This document shows, one piece after another, positions 23,101-35,938 of a DNA stretch of 64,000 nucleotides. The notes below the pieces were generated by a model. It was not told the DNA's origin. It ran no database searches and worked only from the letters and a program-made list of their open reading frames with translations. A program made the translations under genes and the position numbers. Each line of letters begins with the position of its first letter. Position 1 is the first letter of the stretch. Where the stretch lies: contig NC_133617.1 of the NCBI RefSeq assembly GCF_048593235.1, positions 714,096,958 through 714,160,957 on the forward strand. Direction: 5' to 3'. The DNA is from Sminthopsis crassicaudata (taxonomy: Eukaryota).

Positions 23101-26100
23101 TTGCTTTAATTTCCTCTTCATTGCTAGAAAGTTCTCCCTTTTCATTTTTGAGACTAACAATTTGATTTTCTTTCCTTTTTCTAATCGAGTTAACTAAAAA
23201 TTTATCTATTTTATTATTTTTTTTAAAAGCAACTCTTAGTTTCATTTATTAATATTAACCTCCCCTTTTATTTTCAGATTTTCAAATTTGGTATTTAATT
23301 GAGGGTTTCTAATTTGTTCTTTTTCTAGATTTTTTAGTTGTCAACCCAATTCATTGATCTTCTCTTTCTTTATTTTATGCAAGTAGGCATCTAGATTTAT
23401 AAATTTTCCCCTTATAACTGCTTTGGCTGCATCCCACAATGTTTGGTATATTTTCTCATTATTGTCATTCTCTTGAATGAAGTTGTTGATTGTGTCTGTG
23501 ATTTGTTGTTTCACCCATTCATTCTTGGGAATAGATTATTTAATTTCCAATTAATTTTTGGTCTATTTTCTCCTGGCCTTATATTGCATGTGACTTTTAT
23601 TGCATCATGGCCTGAAAAAATGCAGTTACTATTTCTGCCTTTCTGTATTTGATTTTGAGTTTTTATTCCTTAATACATGGTCAATTTTTGTATAGGTTCC
23701 ATAAACCATCAAGAATAAAGTAACCTCTTTAATGTCTCCATTCAATTTTCTCCAAAGATCTATCATACCTAACTTTTCTAACATTCTATTTGCCTCCTTA
23801 ACCTCTTTCTTATTTATTTTGTTGTTCAATTTATCTAGTTCTGAGAGAGCCAGTTTGAGATCTCCCGCTAGTATAGTTTTTTCTATTTCCTCTTGCATCT
23901 CTCTTAACTTCTCCTCTAAGAATTTGGATGCTATAACTCAGTGCATACATGTTTAGTATTGATATTGCCTCATTATCTATGGTACCGTTTAGTAAAATAT
24001 AGTTTCCTTATTTTTTTAATTAAATCTATCTTTTCTTTTACTTGATCTGAGATCAAGATTGCTACCCCTCCTTTTTTTTTTTTACTTCACCTGAAACATA
24101 ATAGAATTTACTCAAGCCCTTTACCTTCACTCTGTGTGTATCATTCTGCTTTAAATGTGTTTCTTATAAACAACATATTGTAGGATTCTGGCTTTTAAAA
24201 CAGTCTGCTATTTGCTTGTTTTATGGGAGAGTTCTTCCCATTCACATTCACAGTTAAAATAACTAATTCTGCATTTCCTGCCATCTTATTTACCTTAAGT
24301 TATGCTTTTCCTTTTCTTTTCCCCTTTCTCTCCTCCCCAATATTTTGTTTCTGATGACCACTTTCCTCAAATAGCCTTTTCCCTTTAGAGCCCCCCTTTT
24401 ACACTTTTCTCCTAATACTTCTGTTTTCCCTATTAGTCTTTCCTTTATTTTCCCATTTCCCCTCCCACTTCCCTATAAGATTGAGATAGATTTCTCTGTC
24501 AAACCAAATATGTCTGCTATTCTCTCTTTGAGCCAAATCTAATGAGAGTAAGATTCATACAGTGCTCATCCCCCCTTTCTTCTTTCCCTCAATTATAATC
24601 TTTTCTTTGCCTCTTCATAAGATGTGATTTCCCTTATTTTACCTCCTTTTCCCTCTTTTTTCCAGTTTCTTTTTTCATATTATCATAATAAAATAAAATT
24701 ATACCTGTACTCTCTAAGTATACCCATAATAGAAATACAGTTCAAGAGTTCTTTCCTTTTTTATCTTTTTGTGCTTCACTTGAGTTCTTGTTTGGAGATA
24801 AATTTTTTTGTTCAGTTTTTCATTAGAAATAGGTAAAATTTACCTATATCATTTGCTGGAACTCTGTCTTCTCAGATATCAGCTGGAGTCAGGATCACTA
24901 AATATCTTTATTCTTGATCTTTTATGGTCAAGGTCAGGGGGTTAGGCCTAGCAACCTCACACACACCTTCCTCCCTCAAACGCCTGGAGAGACTGATCCC
25001 ACTTCTGTGTCTCAATTCCTCTTCCTCCTTCTACTCCTCCCACACACGTCACTTCCCCCTCTTTGTCCCACCAATCAAGTCAGCACAGAACAGCTGGGGA
25101 GGGTCTACCTTCAAACAAGCTAATAGGGAACTGTCCAATTGGCAATTAGTCTCACGTGCTTCATTATCCAAGTGCATTGCTCAGTTCTAGCCCTTTACAA
25201 TCATTGAATATCTATCTTCTTCCCTGAAAGATAATGCTCATTTTAGTTGAATACCTTATTCTTGACTGTAATCCAAGTTCCTTTGCCTTTCAGAATATCA
25301 AATTCCAGGCCCTTCATTCCTTTAAGGTGGAAGCTGCTAGGTCCTGGGTAATTCTAATTGTGGCTCTTTGGTATTTATTATTTTTTTCTGGCTGTTTGTG
25401 ATATCTTTTCCTTGGTATGATAGTTCTGAAATTTAGCCACGATATTCTTTGGTGTCTTAATTTTGGGGTCTCTTTCAGGATGTGATCGGTGAATTCTTTC
25501 AATGGCTATTTTATCTTCTGATTCTAAGACATCAAAGCAGTTTTCCTTTATGATTTCCTATAATATAATGCCTAGATTCTTTTTTTCATCAGCTTTCAGG
25601 AAGTCCAATAATCCTTAGATTATCTCTTCTAGGGGAGGAGATATACCTATACCTTTTTCCTAGGAGGTATTTAATATTTTCTTCTCTTTTTCAATTTTTT
25701 TTTGACTGATTTTTGAAGTCTTATTGAGTCATTCACTTCCATTTGTTCAGTTCTGATTTTTAGTGTATTATTTTCATCAGGTACCTTTTCTTAACTCCTT
25801 TTGTATTTAGTCAATTGAATTATTTTTTCATTGAATTTTTTTCCATTTCACAAATTTTGTATTTCAATGAATTGGTATCTTTTTCATATCTATTTTGTAA
25901 GGCATTATATGCTTTTTCCATTTCATCAAATCTATTTTGTAGGGAGTTATATGCTTTTCCCATCTCTTCTTGCAAAGATCTCATTTCCTTTTCCCATTTT
26001 TCTTCTCATTGTCTTTTAAGATCTTTTATGCAATCTTCCAAGAAAGCATTGTGAAATGGAGACCAGCTCATGTCTCTCTTTGGGGCTTCATCTGGAGTTG

Positions 26101-26684
26101 ATTTGTCTTTAGGAACATCAGGATTTGAGGTCTGTTCTCTCTCACTCCATAAAATTTTTATGGTGAGAGTTCTTTTTGATTTTTTATTCATTTTTTAAGG
26201 CTTGAAATCTGTTTAATATAAAGGAACTACAGCTGCTTTAATTTTCCCTGGGGTAGTTATGCTGATTGATTTCCTGGTAATCCTGGCTAGTTCTCATGTT
26301 CTTCCATGGCTCAGTAGTTTACAATTTGCTTTTAGAAGCAAATCTACCAAACCACCTGATTACAACCAGGACAGAGTAGCCTAAGAGGCTCACAGAAGAT
26401 TCCCAGGTTCATGGAAGCTGCAATGCTTTACTCCCAGCCCCAACTCCTAGCCCTGGGCTCCCTCTGCTGCGGTCTGGGCTCTGCAGACCTGTCTGATTGA
26501 AACAGACCTGCTTTGAAGTTCTTCCAAGGTATATTCTTCTAGAAATGTGTTGTACTCCAGATATTTGTGGGTTCTGTTACTCCAAAACCAGTTTAGAGGC
26601 TTAATCTGCTGTTGGTTTCAGAGAAAGTCAGAAGAGGTTATAGAGAGTCCCATTTGCTTTCTGCCATCTTGGCTCCTTCCTCCC
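20118..26684 (-). mobile_element. Near full-length degraded L1 (L1-B)
   Basis: Poly(A) remnant at 20118; ORF2 start ATG 24284-24282 (MAGNAELVILTVNVNG); RT motifs [16 protein letters not shown] and FADDM (ORF 22149-22529); ORF1 fragments 25314-25502 and 26006-26191; 5' end matching GGAGCCAAGATGGC at about 26661-26684; many stops and frameshifts. Confidence 0.92.
24854..25199 (-). mobile_element. Solo LTR of an endogenous retrovirus, inserted in L1-B ORF1
   Basis: 346 bp, TG...CA termini, AATAAA at 24912-24907, perfect 6-bp TSD ATCATT at 24848-24853 and 25200-25205. Confidence 0.9.
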
Positions 26685-27010
26685 TTTGGGACTACATTGA
26701 GGCATATGGAGGTTTGATCCCTGTCATGTTGGTTCTCCTGATGTTTCATGTAGCTGTTCCTCTGGCTATGCTGAGGAGGATCTGGTGTTGGCATTTGCCA
26801 GTCCACCACGCTGGGGCCTCGTTCTTCCATTGGTATACCAAGGTGGGGCTTGTTGCTAGGATGCTTTCTGTCCTAGATTGTGTTCCCTTGAATGAGGCTG
26901 ACTGTTCTTATGGATCTTCCAAATTTCCTGGATTAGATAGTTTCATCCCATCTTTTTGCTAGCTCTGGTGTTCCAAGATTTGTTTGGGGCTGCTATTTTA
27001 TGGTTGTTTG
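26681..27010 (-). mobile_element. Probable distal 5' UTR of L1-A, displaced by the L1-B insertion
   Basis: First 43 bp are about 80% similar to 20066-20106 on the other side of L1-B; L1-like 5' region. Confidence 0.55.
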
Positions 27011-28586
27011 GAGGTTGTATTGATATGGTTATATTGATCAATCACTTTAATGAAGCCTTTCCACAATGATCATTCCCTGTATAGAGTACCAATATCATAT
27101 ACTTTCACTTTATCTCATTTGGTACTTTTCATTTAGTACATTGTTTTGTTATTTTGGTTGTTCCTATGTTATCTGTCTAATTAAAAAGAGCTCCTGTAGG
27201 GCAGAATTGTGCTTTACACATATCATTCTTCTCTCTTATCTCTCACTTATTTGCACTTGATACATCTTTATCATCAATGATTTTGTAAGGAAATACTTTG
27301 GTCTGAAAGTAGACTACGGAAGCAACTGTGGAATTGGCCTTTGGAAGCAATTAGGACACCCTCTAAAGACACATTAGGAGGAAGGTGTCTTGGGATACAA
27401 TATTTATCCCCAGTATCTATTATTCTGATGATCCTTGAACAAAGTCTTTATACTATTTTAGATTCATTACCAAGGCTGGACCTTAACCAGCTTACATATC
27501 CATGTGGATAGAGTGAAGGTCTTTGACAAAAAGAAAGGCCAGGCCTTCATTTTGCCATCTTCTCATTTTATCTTCCAGCTTTTACAGTTATGAGAAGAAA
27601 AAAAATGATATGCATTGCTGAGGGCAACACCTCTGGCCTTTTTGAAAATATATTGTTTCTTGACTTTAATGTGACTAAGAGGCTTGTTCTTACCAATAAG
27701 GCTAATTATAGACACTAAGGCTGAAAGGTTTAATGGTTACTAATTCAGTTTGGGAAATAACCCTCATGCCAGGAAAGAAAATCCTGATTAAAATCCAAAT
27801 TCTAAATAAAATTCTTTTTCTGGTAAGATGTCTGCCCATATATAAAGACCATCTGTTTGTTGGCAGAATTAAAAAAAAACAACAACAACAAAATCTAAAC
27901 AAACCTCAGGTGCTAATTTGTTAAAGAAAAGATAGATATCTTGAAATGAAAACAGAACTGAAAATCATGTTTGAAGACATGGTAAGAGTGAAGATGGATT
28001 TGATCAGGAAAGGACTGTGTTAATTTGAGCAGGCTGGCTCTCCATGCCAATAGCTTTATGATTTTTGTAGCATAATTCATGTACTGAAGAATTGGATTCT
28101 GCTTGTATAATTGTTTTTGAAAACTTCTATGCACTTCGATACATGTTTATCTTATTTGTGACTCCACATAGAGTGGTAGTATAATTCATTTGACACATTT
28201 TCTTGGATTAAAAGAAGAGCAAGGATACTTTTGAGTCATTTATACTCTAGGGCATCCTCATCTTTAAATGAAAATTTGTAGAACATGATTTCACCTTCAT
28301 AGTGAGGGATTGAATCCCTTGATAATTCTGTAAGGCAACACAATCCATCCTTTCATTCCCCTCCCTTCCCAAAAGAAAAACAAATCATATGATCTATTAA
28401 AATTATATAGGTATACCCTACCCAATAGGCTTTGTTGATTTTATCAATGCCCAGTATTAGGCAAAATAGTGTGACCTGGAACAGTGTAACATCATCAATG
28501 TTATGAATAGTTTGGCCATGAATTTGGGTTTGATTATAAGGCAACTGTGATAATCAACTGTGATGGTGTTTTTGAAATAAAGTTAG

Positions 28587-28729
28587 TTGGAGTAGCTAGA
28601 TGGTCCAGTGGATAGAACACTGGCCCTGGAATCAAGAGGACCTAAATTCAAATCTGGCCTCAGACGGTTGACACTTACTAGCTATGTGGCACTGTGCAAG
28701 TCATTGAACCCCAGTTGCCTCCAAAAAAA
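28587..28729 (+). mobile_element. WSINE1-type SINE
   Basis: Same family as 3235-3376; perfect 13-bp TSD GAAATAAAGTTAG at 28574-28586 and 28730-28742. Confidence 0.88.
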
Positions 28730-29404
28730 GAAATAAAGTTAGGATCAAATTGAGCTCTTATGGGCACACTACTATACTATGGTGAAGATAAAAATTACAT
28801 GTTTCATGATGGTACTGAACAAGAAAAGAACAGACTTATAATATTATGTCATACTAATAATATTATTGCATATATTATGCATATGCAATATGTTATTGTC
28901 TAATAACAAATAATGCATATGAGAAATTCAGAGAAATATGGGAAAACAAAGTGAATATAACTAAAAGAAAAATACAATTGTTATGACAGTATAAGTGAAA
29001 AAGATCATGAAAAGAGAACTGAATACTTAGTAAATAAAAAAAACAGAGAGCAGATAATGAAATGGATTATTCTCTCCTCAGTAGAGATGTGTGGGATTAC
29101 CAGGGCAGAATGTTTCATACATTCTCAAATGTGATCTCTATATCAGGGAATTTAACTTAATGATTTTTTTTGATTCCTCAGCAGATTTGTGATGGTTTGT
29201 ATTTTCAGAAATGACGGATGTGTAAATGAATGATATTAATAAAACCTTTTCTTAAAAAAAAGAAAGTATTGAGATCCTGTGAGACCACATTCTATTTAAT
29301 CTCTTGATGAGCTACAAACTCAAGTTAGCAATCTTATTAAAGCTGCTTTAATCAGAAAGCTGGCAGAAATAAAATGACTAGTTTAGTCAGTGATAAAATA
29401 GGTT

Positions 29405-29650
29405 TTGTGGGGCAGCTGTGAAGCACAATGGATAGAGTTCTTGATTGGAGTCACGAAGACTCATCTTTGTGAATTCAAATTTGGTCTCAGATACTTGACT
29501 GTTATTCTGGACATTCATTTTACCCCTATTTGCCTCAGTTTCCTCAAATGTAAAATTAGCTGGAGAAGGAAATGGCAAACCATTTAAATATTTTTTCTAA
29601 GAAAACCTCAAATGGGATCACATGCAAAATGACCAAATGACAACAACAAA
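29405..29650 (+). mobile_element. Mar1-type SINE
   Basis: CORE plus RTE tail ending caacaacaa; 35-bp diverged flanking direct repeat. Confidence 0.8.
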
Positions 29651-30265
29651 GATAGAGTACAAGCAGAAATAAGGTGACTAGTTCGATCAGTGACAAAGAT
29701 TTCTGATTTTGCCTAGCAAAGTATCATGGCCTGTATTTTATGCTTTTATGTCAATGAATCATGATCGAATGGCATGACTACCTACTATTTCATAGTCAAA
29801 TATTGAGTTTTGTGAATAAAACAAGAAAGCTGCAGGCAATTGTGTTTTTTTGATATTGGTAGGGGGCTCAACTATTCAATATTTGATGAAAATACATATC
29901 CTTTTAAAATCTGCAGAAAACAAATCAAGAATGATCTCTCTTTTTAACTTCTGAAAGTATGGGATTCATAAAACATGAGCATCTTTTCATCTGACTTTAG
30001 ACTATGTTTTCAGGTCCTCCTGACTCCAGGGCCAATGCTGTATCCACTGTGCCATCTAGCTGCCTACCTCCTCACCCGCCCCAAACTATGTTTTCATATA
30101 CAAGCTAACTTGAGGTTGAAAAAAGTGAATTCTGTGAAACAAAAGCCAATTTATATTTTTTCTATCTAAACAAATAGAATTATTTTAGCCAGCCAGTCAA
30201 TCTAAGAAGGAATCAGGAAGATTATATATATTTTGCAAGTCTCCCATATATCTTTGTTCTTATTT

Positions 30266-30465
30266 CAGGGGTTCTTAACCTTTTTTGTCTCATGAGTTTC
30301 TTTGGTAATCTGCTGAAATCTCTGGACCCCTTCTTGGAAGAATGCTTTTAAGTTCAAAAAGAAGCTTCAAAGCATTACCAACACAGCTCATTATATTGCA
30401 ATAGTTATTAAAATATATTTTTAAAAAATCAAATAGGTTCACAGACTCAAAGGCAAGAACCATTG
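30266..30465. mobile_element. hAT/Charlie-type MITE
   Basis: Left TIR CAGGGGTTCTTAACC, degenerate right TIR ggcaagaaccattg; no TSD recognisable. Confidence 0.7.
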
Positions 30466-32189
30466 TCACCTGTTGAAATTACTGCACCATTTTAACATAG
30501 TATTCTGTGTTTCTGAAAAGACTAGCATATGTGATTAATACATTTGGTTGTTTTCTCTCTATTATGACCACTTTTGAACTTCTCAGTAATGAAACAAATA
30601 TCTCTAATGCCTTGTGGGAATCTCTAGAATTTTTTTCATGCTTTTATTCAATTTTTCCCACAGCAATATAAGAATTGAAGGCATGCCAGAGCAGGAATCT
30701 GGACTTAACTATGTGATGTAGGCAAGTCTTATCAGCTATTTTTGCAATTGTTTCCTCAATCTGTCAAAGAAGGATAATGTGACATGCCCTTATTCATCTT
30801 AGTGGAGTCAGGATGGGTGAATGCTGATAGAATGCTTTAGGAAGTGAAATGAAACTTAATGACAATGAAATGACTAGACTTCCTAGCACACCTTGTGACA
30901 GTCATGCAATTGTGAGATAATATTTAGCACAGTTTGTATTCAAGGCTCCTAATTCCAGATAGCTATGTGTATAAGGTGATGTGATTCAGATCTGAGTTCA
31001 TTTAGTACCTATGCAATTGGTGCAAGTTAATTCAAATTTTAGTTGTCTTATTTAGTATCTGTGCAATTAGTGCAAGTTACTTAAATCTCTGGGCCTTGAT
31101 TTTACCATAGCCCATGCTTTTAAGATTTAAGACTTAAAGGAAAAAAAAAAGATTTAAGACTTAAAATTCTCAATAAAAGTATATTTATGTAATCTAGTCA
31201 TATAAATCGTCTCTAAGACTATTTGTCTCTGTTGGCATTCAACTGTAAATCTATCTGTTTGTTTTTGTCTTAAAAACCAAAGAAACAAAACCTAAAAACT
31301 TTTGCCATTTCAATCTCAAAAGAAGCAACCTACACTAAAGATCACAATTCTTATTGGCAATTAGAGGCAGAGGAGGCTTTTGTCTAAATGTTGAATCTGC
31401 TGAATATGAGGGGTTTATATTTGAATCATGGAGGGGGAAAATTTAATCTTCATGGTTCATTAAGAATAAGGAGGAACAACACCTCCTTGGAAATAGATAG
31501 CATTACTGGTACGTTGTAATTGCTCTTTGACAGGCTGGGAGAATCAATGTCCAATATAATAGTCTAGGTATCTGCCTCCCTAAAACTTTGTCATAAAGCA
31601 CAGTGGGGGGGATATGGTCTTTGGACTAAGGAAATTGATTTTACTTTAATATAAGTTCAATATTAGAAAAGTTTTAGGAGCCAAAGTAAAAGTTTGTCCT
31701 GATTGATGAGTCAGCATAGACAAATTGTGTTCTGTTTCAATCTTAATCCCTGAATATCATAGTGATACCTCTGAATTCCTCTCTATGGTAGTTATGATTT
31801 GTAGCAGTTATTTCAGATTTCTTATATACTGTATTAACTAGTGGGGGTGGGTGGAGGTATATGGGATAGGGAAGAGAGAGAAGCATGAATCAGAAGAATG
31901 AAACATAATGGATTATATTTGGATGAGGAAGAATGGAAGGAAAAGAAGTAATATTATGCTGGACAAGTCATTTGACTAGAGAGAGGTCAAATAAATGATG
32001 AGTTTGGGAACTGGATAAAAAATATGGCATGGAAACAAGATGTATGTATGTATGTATGTATATATGGTAAAGGGCTTTATCTATTCATACATCCACTAGG
32101 AGGCTTCTTGCTTAAAGTAGAACAATCGATGAATTCTTGATTTCTCTCTTGACCAAATCTGGGGTCCATGAAATTAAAAAATAATATAT

Positions 32190-32325
32190 TATCTAGATAA
32201 TTATATTTCAATTCAATTGTCTTCCTTTATAATTCTGTGTATAGTAAGCATTCAACAACAATATTCTGAGGATTACATAGACTTAACCAGACTGTCCATG
32301 GCATAAAGAGAGCTAAGAACCCCTT
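32190..32325. mobile_element. hAT MITE fragment
   Basis: Ends gctaagaacccct; similar to 1165-1310. Confidence 0.55.
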
Positions 32326-33109
32326 TCTTATTGATGATTTTATTTTTCAAAAGACAAGCAATAAAAAGGGCTACTATATTTGACCTAATTCTGACCAGTT
32401 AGAGGGAATGGTTGCCAAAGAAGTAATAATGGGAACAGAAGTGATCTCTCATTTTAGATTTCATGATAGATCCAGTGGGCATGGCCCAGAGAAAGTCCCT
32501 CAAGTAGAATGAGAAGTTCTTAGGGTAGAAGGTCAATGATGCAAATACAAACTGTTATGATGAAGGAAAAAAAGATAGGGATCTAAAGATCTAGAATGGA
32601 AGAGAAGGTAGAAGCTATGAAGCCCAAGTGCCTAAATTTACCGAGGAGGAAACTCAGGCATAGAGAAATAAAATAATAAGTAATGTGGTGGATCAAGTGT
32701 TAGACATTGCATGAGGAAGACGAATTCAAATCCTGACAGTATTCAGCTAAGTCATTTATTGTGAAGATCAAATAGAATGGTGTATATAAAATGCTTTGCA
32801 AATCTTAAAGTGCTGCATAAATGCTGGTGATGATGATGATGATGATGAAGGTCTTATTGTTAGTATATATCTGAGACTATGTTTGAATCTAAGTCTTCCT
32901 TATTCCAAATCCAATGGCCTAGCCAGAAAACCCGACTACTTCATTTGGATGAATGTGGATGCTCAGGTCACTTACTGGATTAGGTTTTAGAAGGACATGT
33001 GTAAGAGATGTTAAGAAGCTCATGATGAATATGGAAGAGGTGTACAATCCTACAAGATAAGGAATAACAGGACTATTAAAGCTCCCAACAAACCACCTGT
33101 GGGGATGAA

Positions 33110-33345
33110 AGGAAAGGAAAGTGAAAGATAAAGGGCAGAGGTAGGGGAAGGGTAAGGAACAGGAAGAAGAATAGAAGAGAATAAGAGAAGAGAAGAGGAA
33201 GAGAATGGAAAGAAAAGAAAGGGAGAGGAAGAGGAAGAGATGGAAAGAAAGGAAGGGAAAGGAAGAGAGGAAGGGAAAGGAAGAGAGGAGGGGAAAGGAA
33301 GGGAAAAGAAGAGGTGAAGGGGAGGGAAGAGAAGGGAAGAAGCAT
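33110..33345. repeat. GA-rich polypurine low-complexity tract
   Basis: Direct inspection; degenerate GGAAGGGAAAGGAAGAGAG units. Confidence 0.9.
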
Positions 33346-34943
33346 TTAAATTATGTGCTAGGAATTGCACTAATCACTATTTATAAACATTGTCTCATTT
33401 GATCCTCATAATACCCCCATGCTATTATTATTCCCATTTTATAGTTGAAGTAATTAAGGCAGACAGGTTAAGTGACTTGCTGAGAGTGACAGAGTTATAA
33501 GAGTCTGAGATCAGATTTGAACTCACTTCATCTTGATACAAGTTCAATGAATGTCACCTAGCTTCATTTGTAGAGAATACAATTCAGATAAGAAAAGGAA
33601 TTAAGTTTGCTATTTGGGGTATATAGAACAATAAAAATGGATGATAGAAAAATGGCAACAGAGAAAAATCTGTTTTCTCTTAACTCACATAATCTTTAGA
33701 TATGGAAATGTAAAAAAAAATATTGTGAGCAGAGGATTGAAAACCAAGATAAAGAAGATGGTTAGAATACTTGTCAAGACAGGAGGTCTCAATTAAAAAA
33801 ATAATCCATAGATTTCATAATTTCCAAATTTGAGGATCACATAGGATTTCATACATAGAACAAAAAAGCTTATGGCCTAAAAAAGGCCACTGTTTTGCTG
33901 AGACAATAGTCTCTTGCACTAAGTCACAGATTAAACTGGCTTGGACTTGAATCTTAGGTCTTCTGACAATTCCATTCTTTTTTCTACTTCAATGTGAATA
34001 ATGTTAGTACAACGGATGACAAAAAGAGGATGCTCTGAATGACATTTAGTTGCTGGTAATACTTCTGGTTTAGAAAAAATAAGGGTGAAAGCAGGATGAG
34101 GGAGTTAATGTCAGAATATAATTTGTGAGGAAACATCTGGATTGCAAATTTAACATAAATTAACTGTGATAGGCCAGTCAAAAATCCAGAGTGATACTCG
34201 GGGACATGAATAGATGATTAATGGTAAGAAAAGGAAAGTTTGGGACACCTCATATTTGGCTCTGATCGGAATACACCTTCAGTTCTGGGCACTATAATTT
34301 AGGAATCACATTGATGATGTGGAATGGATTCCAAAGAGTACAATTAGGGTTAACTGAAGGAACTTTCAGAGAATGCAAATTTCCTAAGGTCAGGGACTAT
34401 TTTGATTTTGCTTTTATTAGGACCTAGCACAAGATTTCCCTAAGTGTTCAATTAAAGGAATGATCTTTGACTCAGAGAAGACCTGATGGGAAAACAATTT
34501 AATAGTTATCTTTAGGTACTAAAGGATTATAATTCAACCATAGCAACCCAAACACAGAATTGGAAGGGACCTTAGAGTCAATGTCCTCATCTTATACATG
34601 AGAAAACTGAGGCACAGAAAGATCAAATGGTACACCTAGCAAACTTCTGAAAAGTATGAACCTTTGTCTTTCTCACTCCACATCCATGCTTTAGCCACTG
34701 CTTGATGCTCTCACATAAAGGAGCTAGGAGATTTGGTTTATGTGTTTTGGGAGGTAGATGTAAGAACAGTGGGATCAAGAGGTAGGTTTGGCTTGAGATG
34801 AGGAAAAAAAAATCCTGATAATTAAAGCATTTGAAAATGGAATGGCACATTAAGACAGAGTTGGTTTCTCTTTACTGGTCATCTTAGAATGGAATTTGGA
34901 AATTATTTCTTGGAGAAATTGTAGTTCTGGTATAGGCTGAAAT

Positions 34944-35212
34944 GGGCAGCAGGGTGGTGGTACAGTGGATAGAATATCTGGACTCCAGTAAGGAGGATTT
35001 GAATTTAAATCCAGCCTCAGGCTCTTACAGACCACAGACACATACCCCTACACACACATATATACTATATGGCAAGTCACTTAACCCTGTTTGCCTCAGT
35101 TTCCTCATCTGTAAAATGAGCCAGAGAAGGAAATGGAAAGCCACTCTACTATCTTTGCCAAGAAATCCCTAAATGGGATTACATAGAGGTGTCTGTCACT
35201 GGAAAACAACAA
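34944..35212 (+). mobile_element. Mar1-type SINE
   Basis: CORE plus RTE tail; 10-bp near-TSD ATAGG(C/T)TGAA at 34932-34941 and 35213-35222. Confidence 0.8.
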
Positions 35213-35574
35213 ATAGGTTGAACTGATTAGTCACTGAAGTGTCTTTCAACTGTGAATTTCTGTAAGATAGTATGGCTCAGTGATAAAAATGCTGAATGTG
35301 GAGGCAAAGGACCTGGGTTCAAATTCTGCTTTGGATACTTTATACTTGTATGACCATGGACAAAGCATCTAATTTCCCTAATAATGTCTCTTCACATATA
35401 AAAAGAGGAGTGTGTGTGTTGGTGGTTAACATAAATGATCTCTAGGTCCCTTCTGGCTCTGAATCTATGATCCTATTATTTGTGGAAGCTAAATGTGTAC
35501 TATGTGGAATCCAGGGGGCTGGGCAGGATTTGTTGGGCTTTGAGGGATAGGAGAGGATTGATATCTCTCTGGCT

Positions 35575-35730
35575 TCTTTTTCTCCTCTGCCTTCCCCCCA
35601 CCTTTTTTTTCCCTCTCTCCCTGTTTCTCTCTGTTTCTCTGTCTCTATCTTTCCGTCTCCCTGTCTTTGTCCCTCCCTTCCTCCCTTTCCCCCTCCCTGT
35701 ATGTGTCTGTCTGTCTGTCTCTCCACCCCC
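35575..35730. repeat. CT-rich polypyrimidine tract
   Basis: Direct inspection. Confidence 0.85.
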
Positions 35731-35932
35731 CCTTCATGACAACATGACTGACTGAAAAAGGATTAAATAACAGCACATTAGATATCAAGAGTGAAGGCCA
35801 TAGATGGAGACTTATGAATCACTTCATAAGCAGAGAGAATGCTGTATTTAAACAGCAACCCAACAACAGCAACAAAATCCTGTTGGAAAAAGAATGCTCC
35901 CAAAGACAAATATCTTTACAAATGACAGCATA

Positions 35933-35938
35933 TTTATT
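35933..35938 (-). terminator. Probable CNTN4 polyadenylation signal
   Basis: AATAAA on - strand followed by a GU-rich element (TTTTGTTGCTGTTGTTGGGTTG, about 35880-35858); repeat-poor UTR-like sequence up to the stop. Confidence 0.55.

Noticed and set aside
22149-23898. Reverse-transcriptase and endonuclease ORFs as a possible active or novel retroelement
   Set aside because: Standard L1 ORF2 broken by many stops and frameshifts
27000-28560. Repeat-poor intergenic stretch with TAAT motifs, possible conserved enhancer
   Set aside because: Cannot be supported without cross-species alignment; such motifs are common in AT-rich DNA
33050-33402. Lys/Glu/Arg-rich and Ser/Leu/Phe-rich ORFs
   Set aside because: Translations of a polypurine tract
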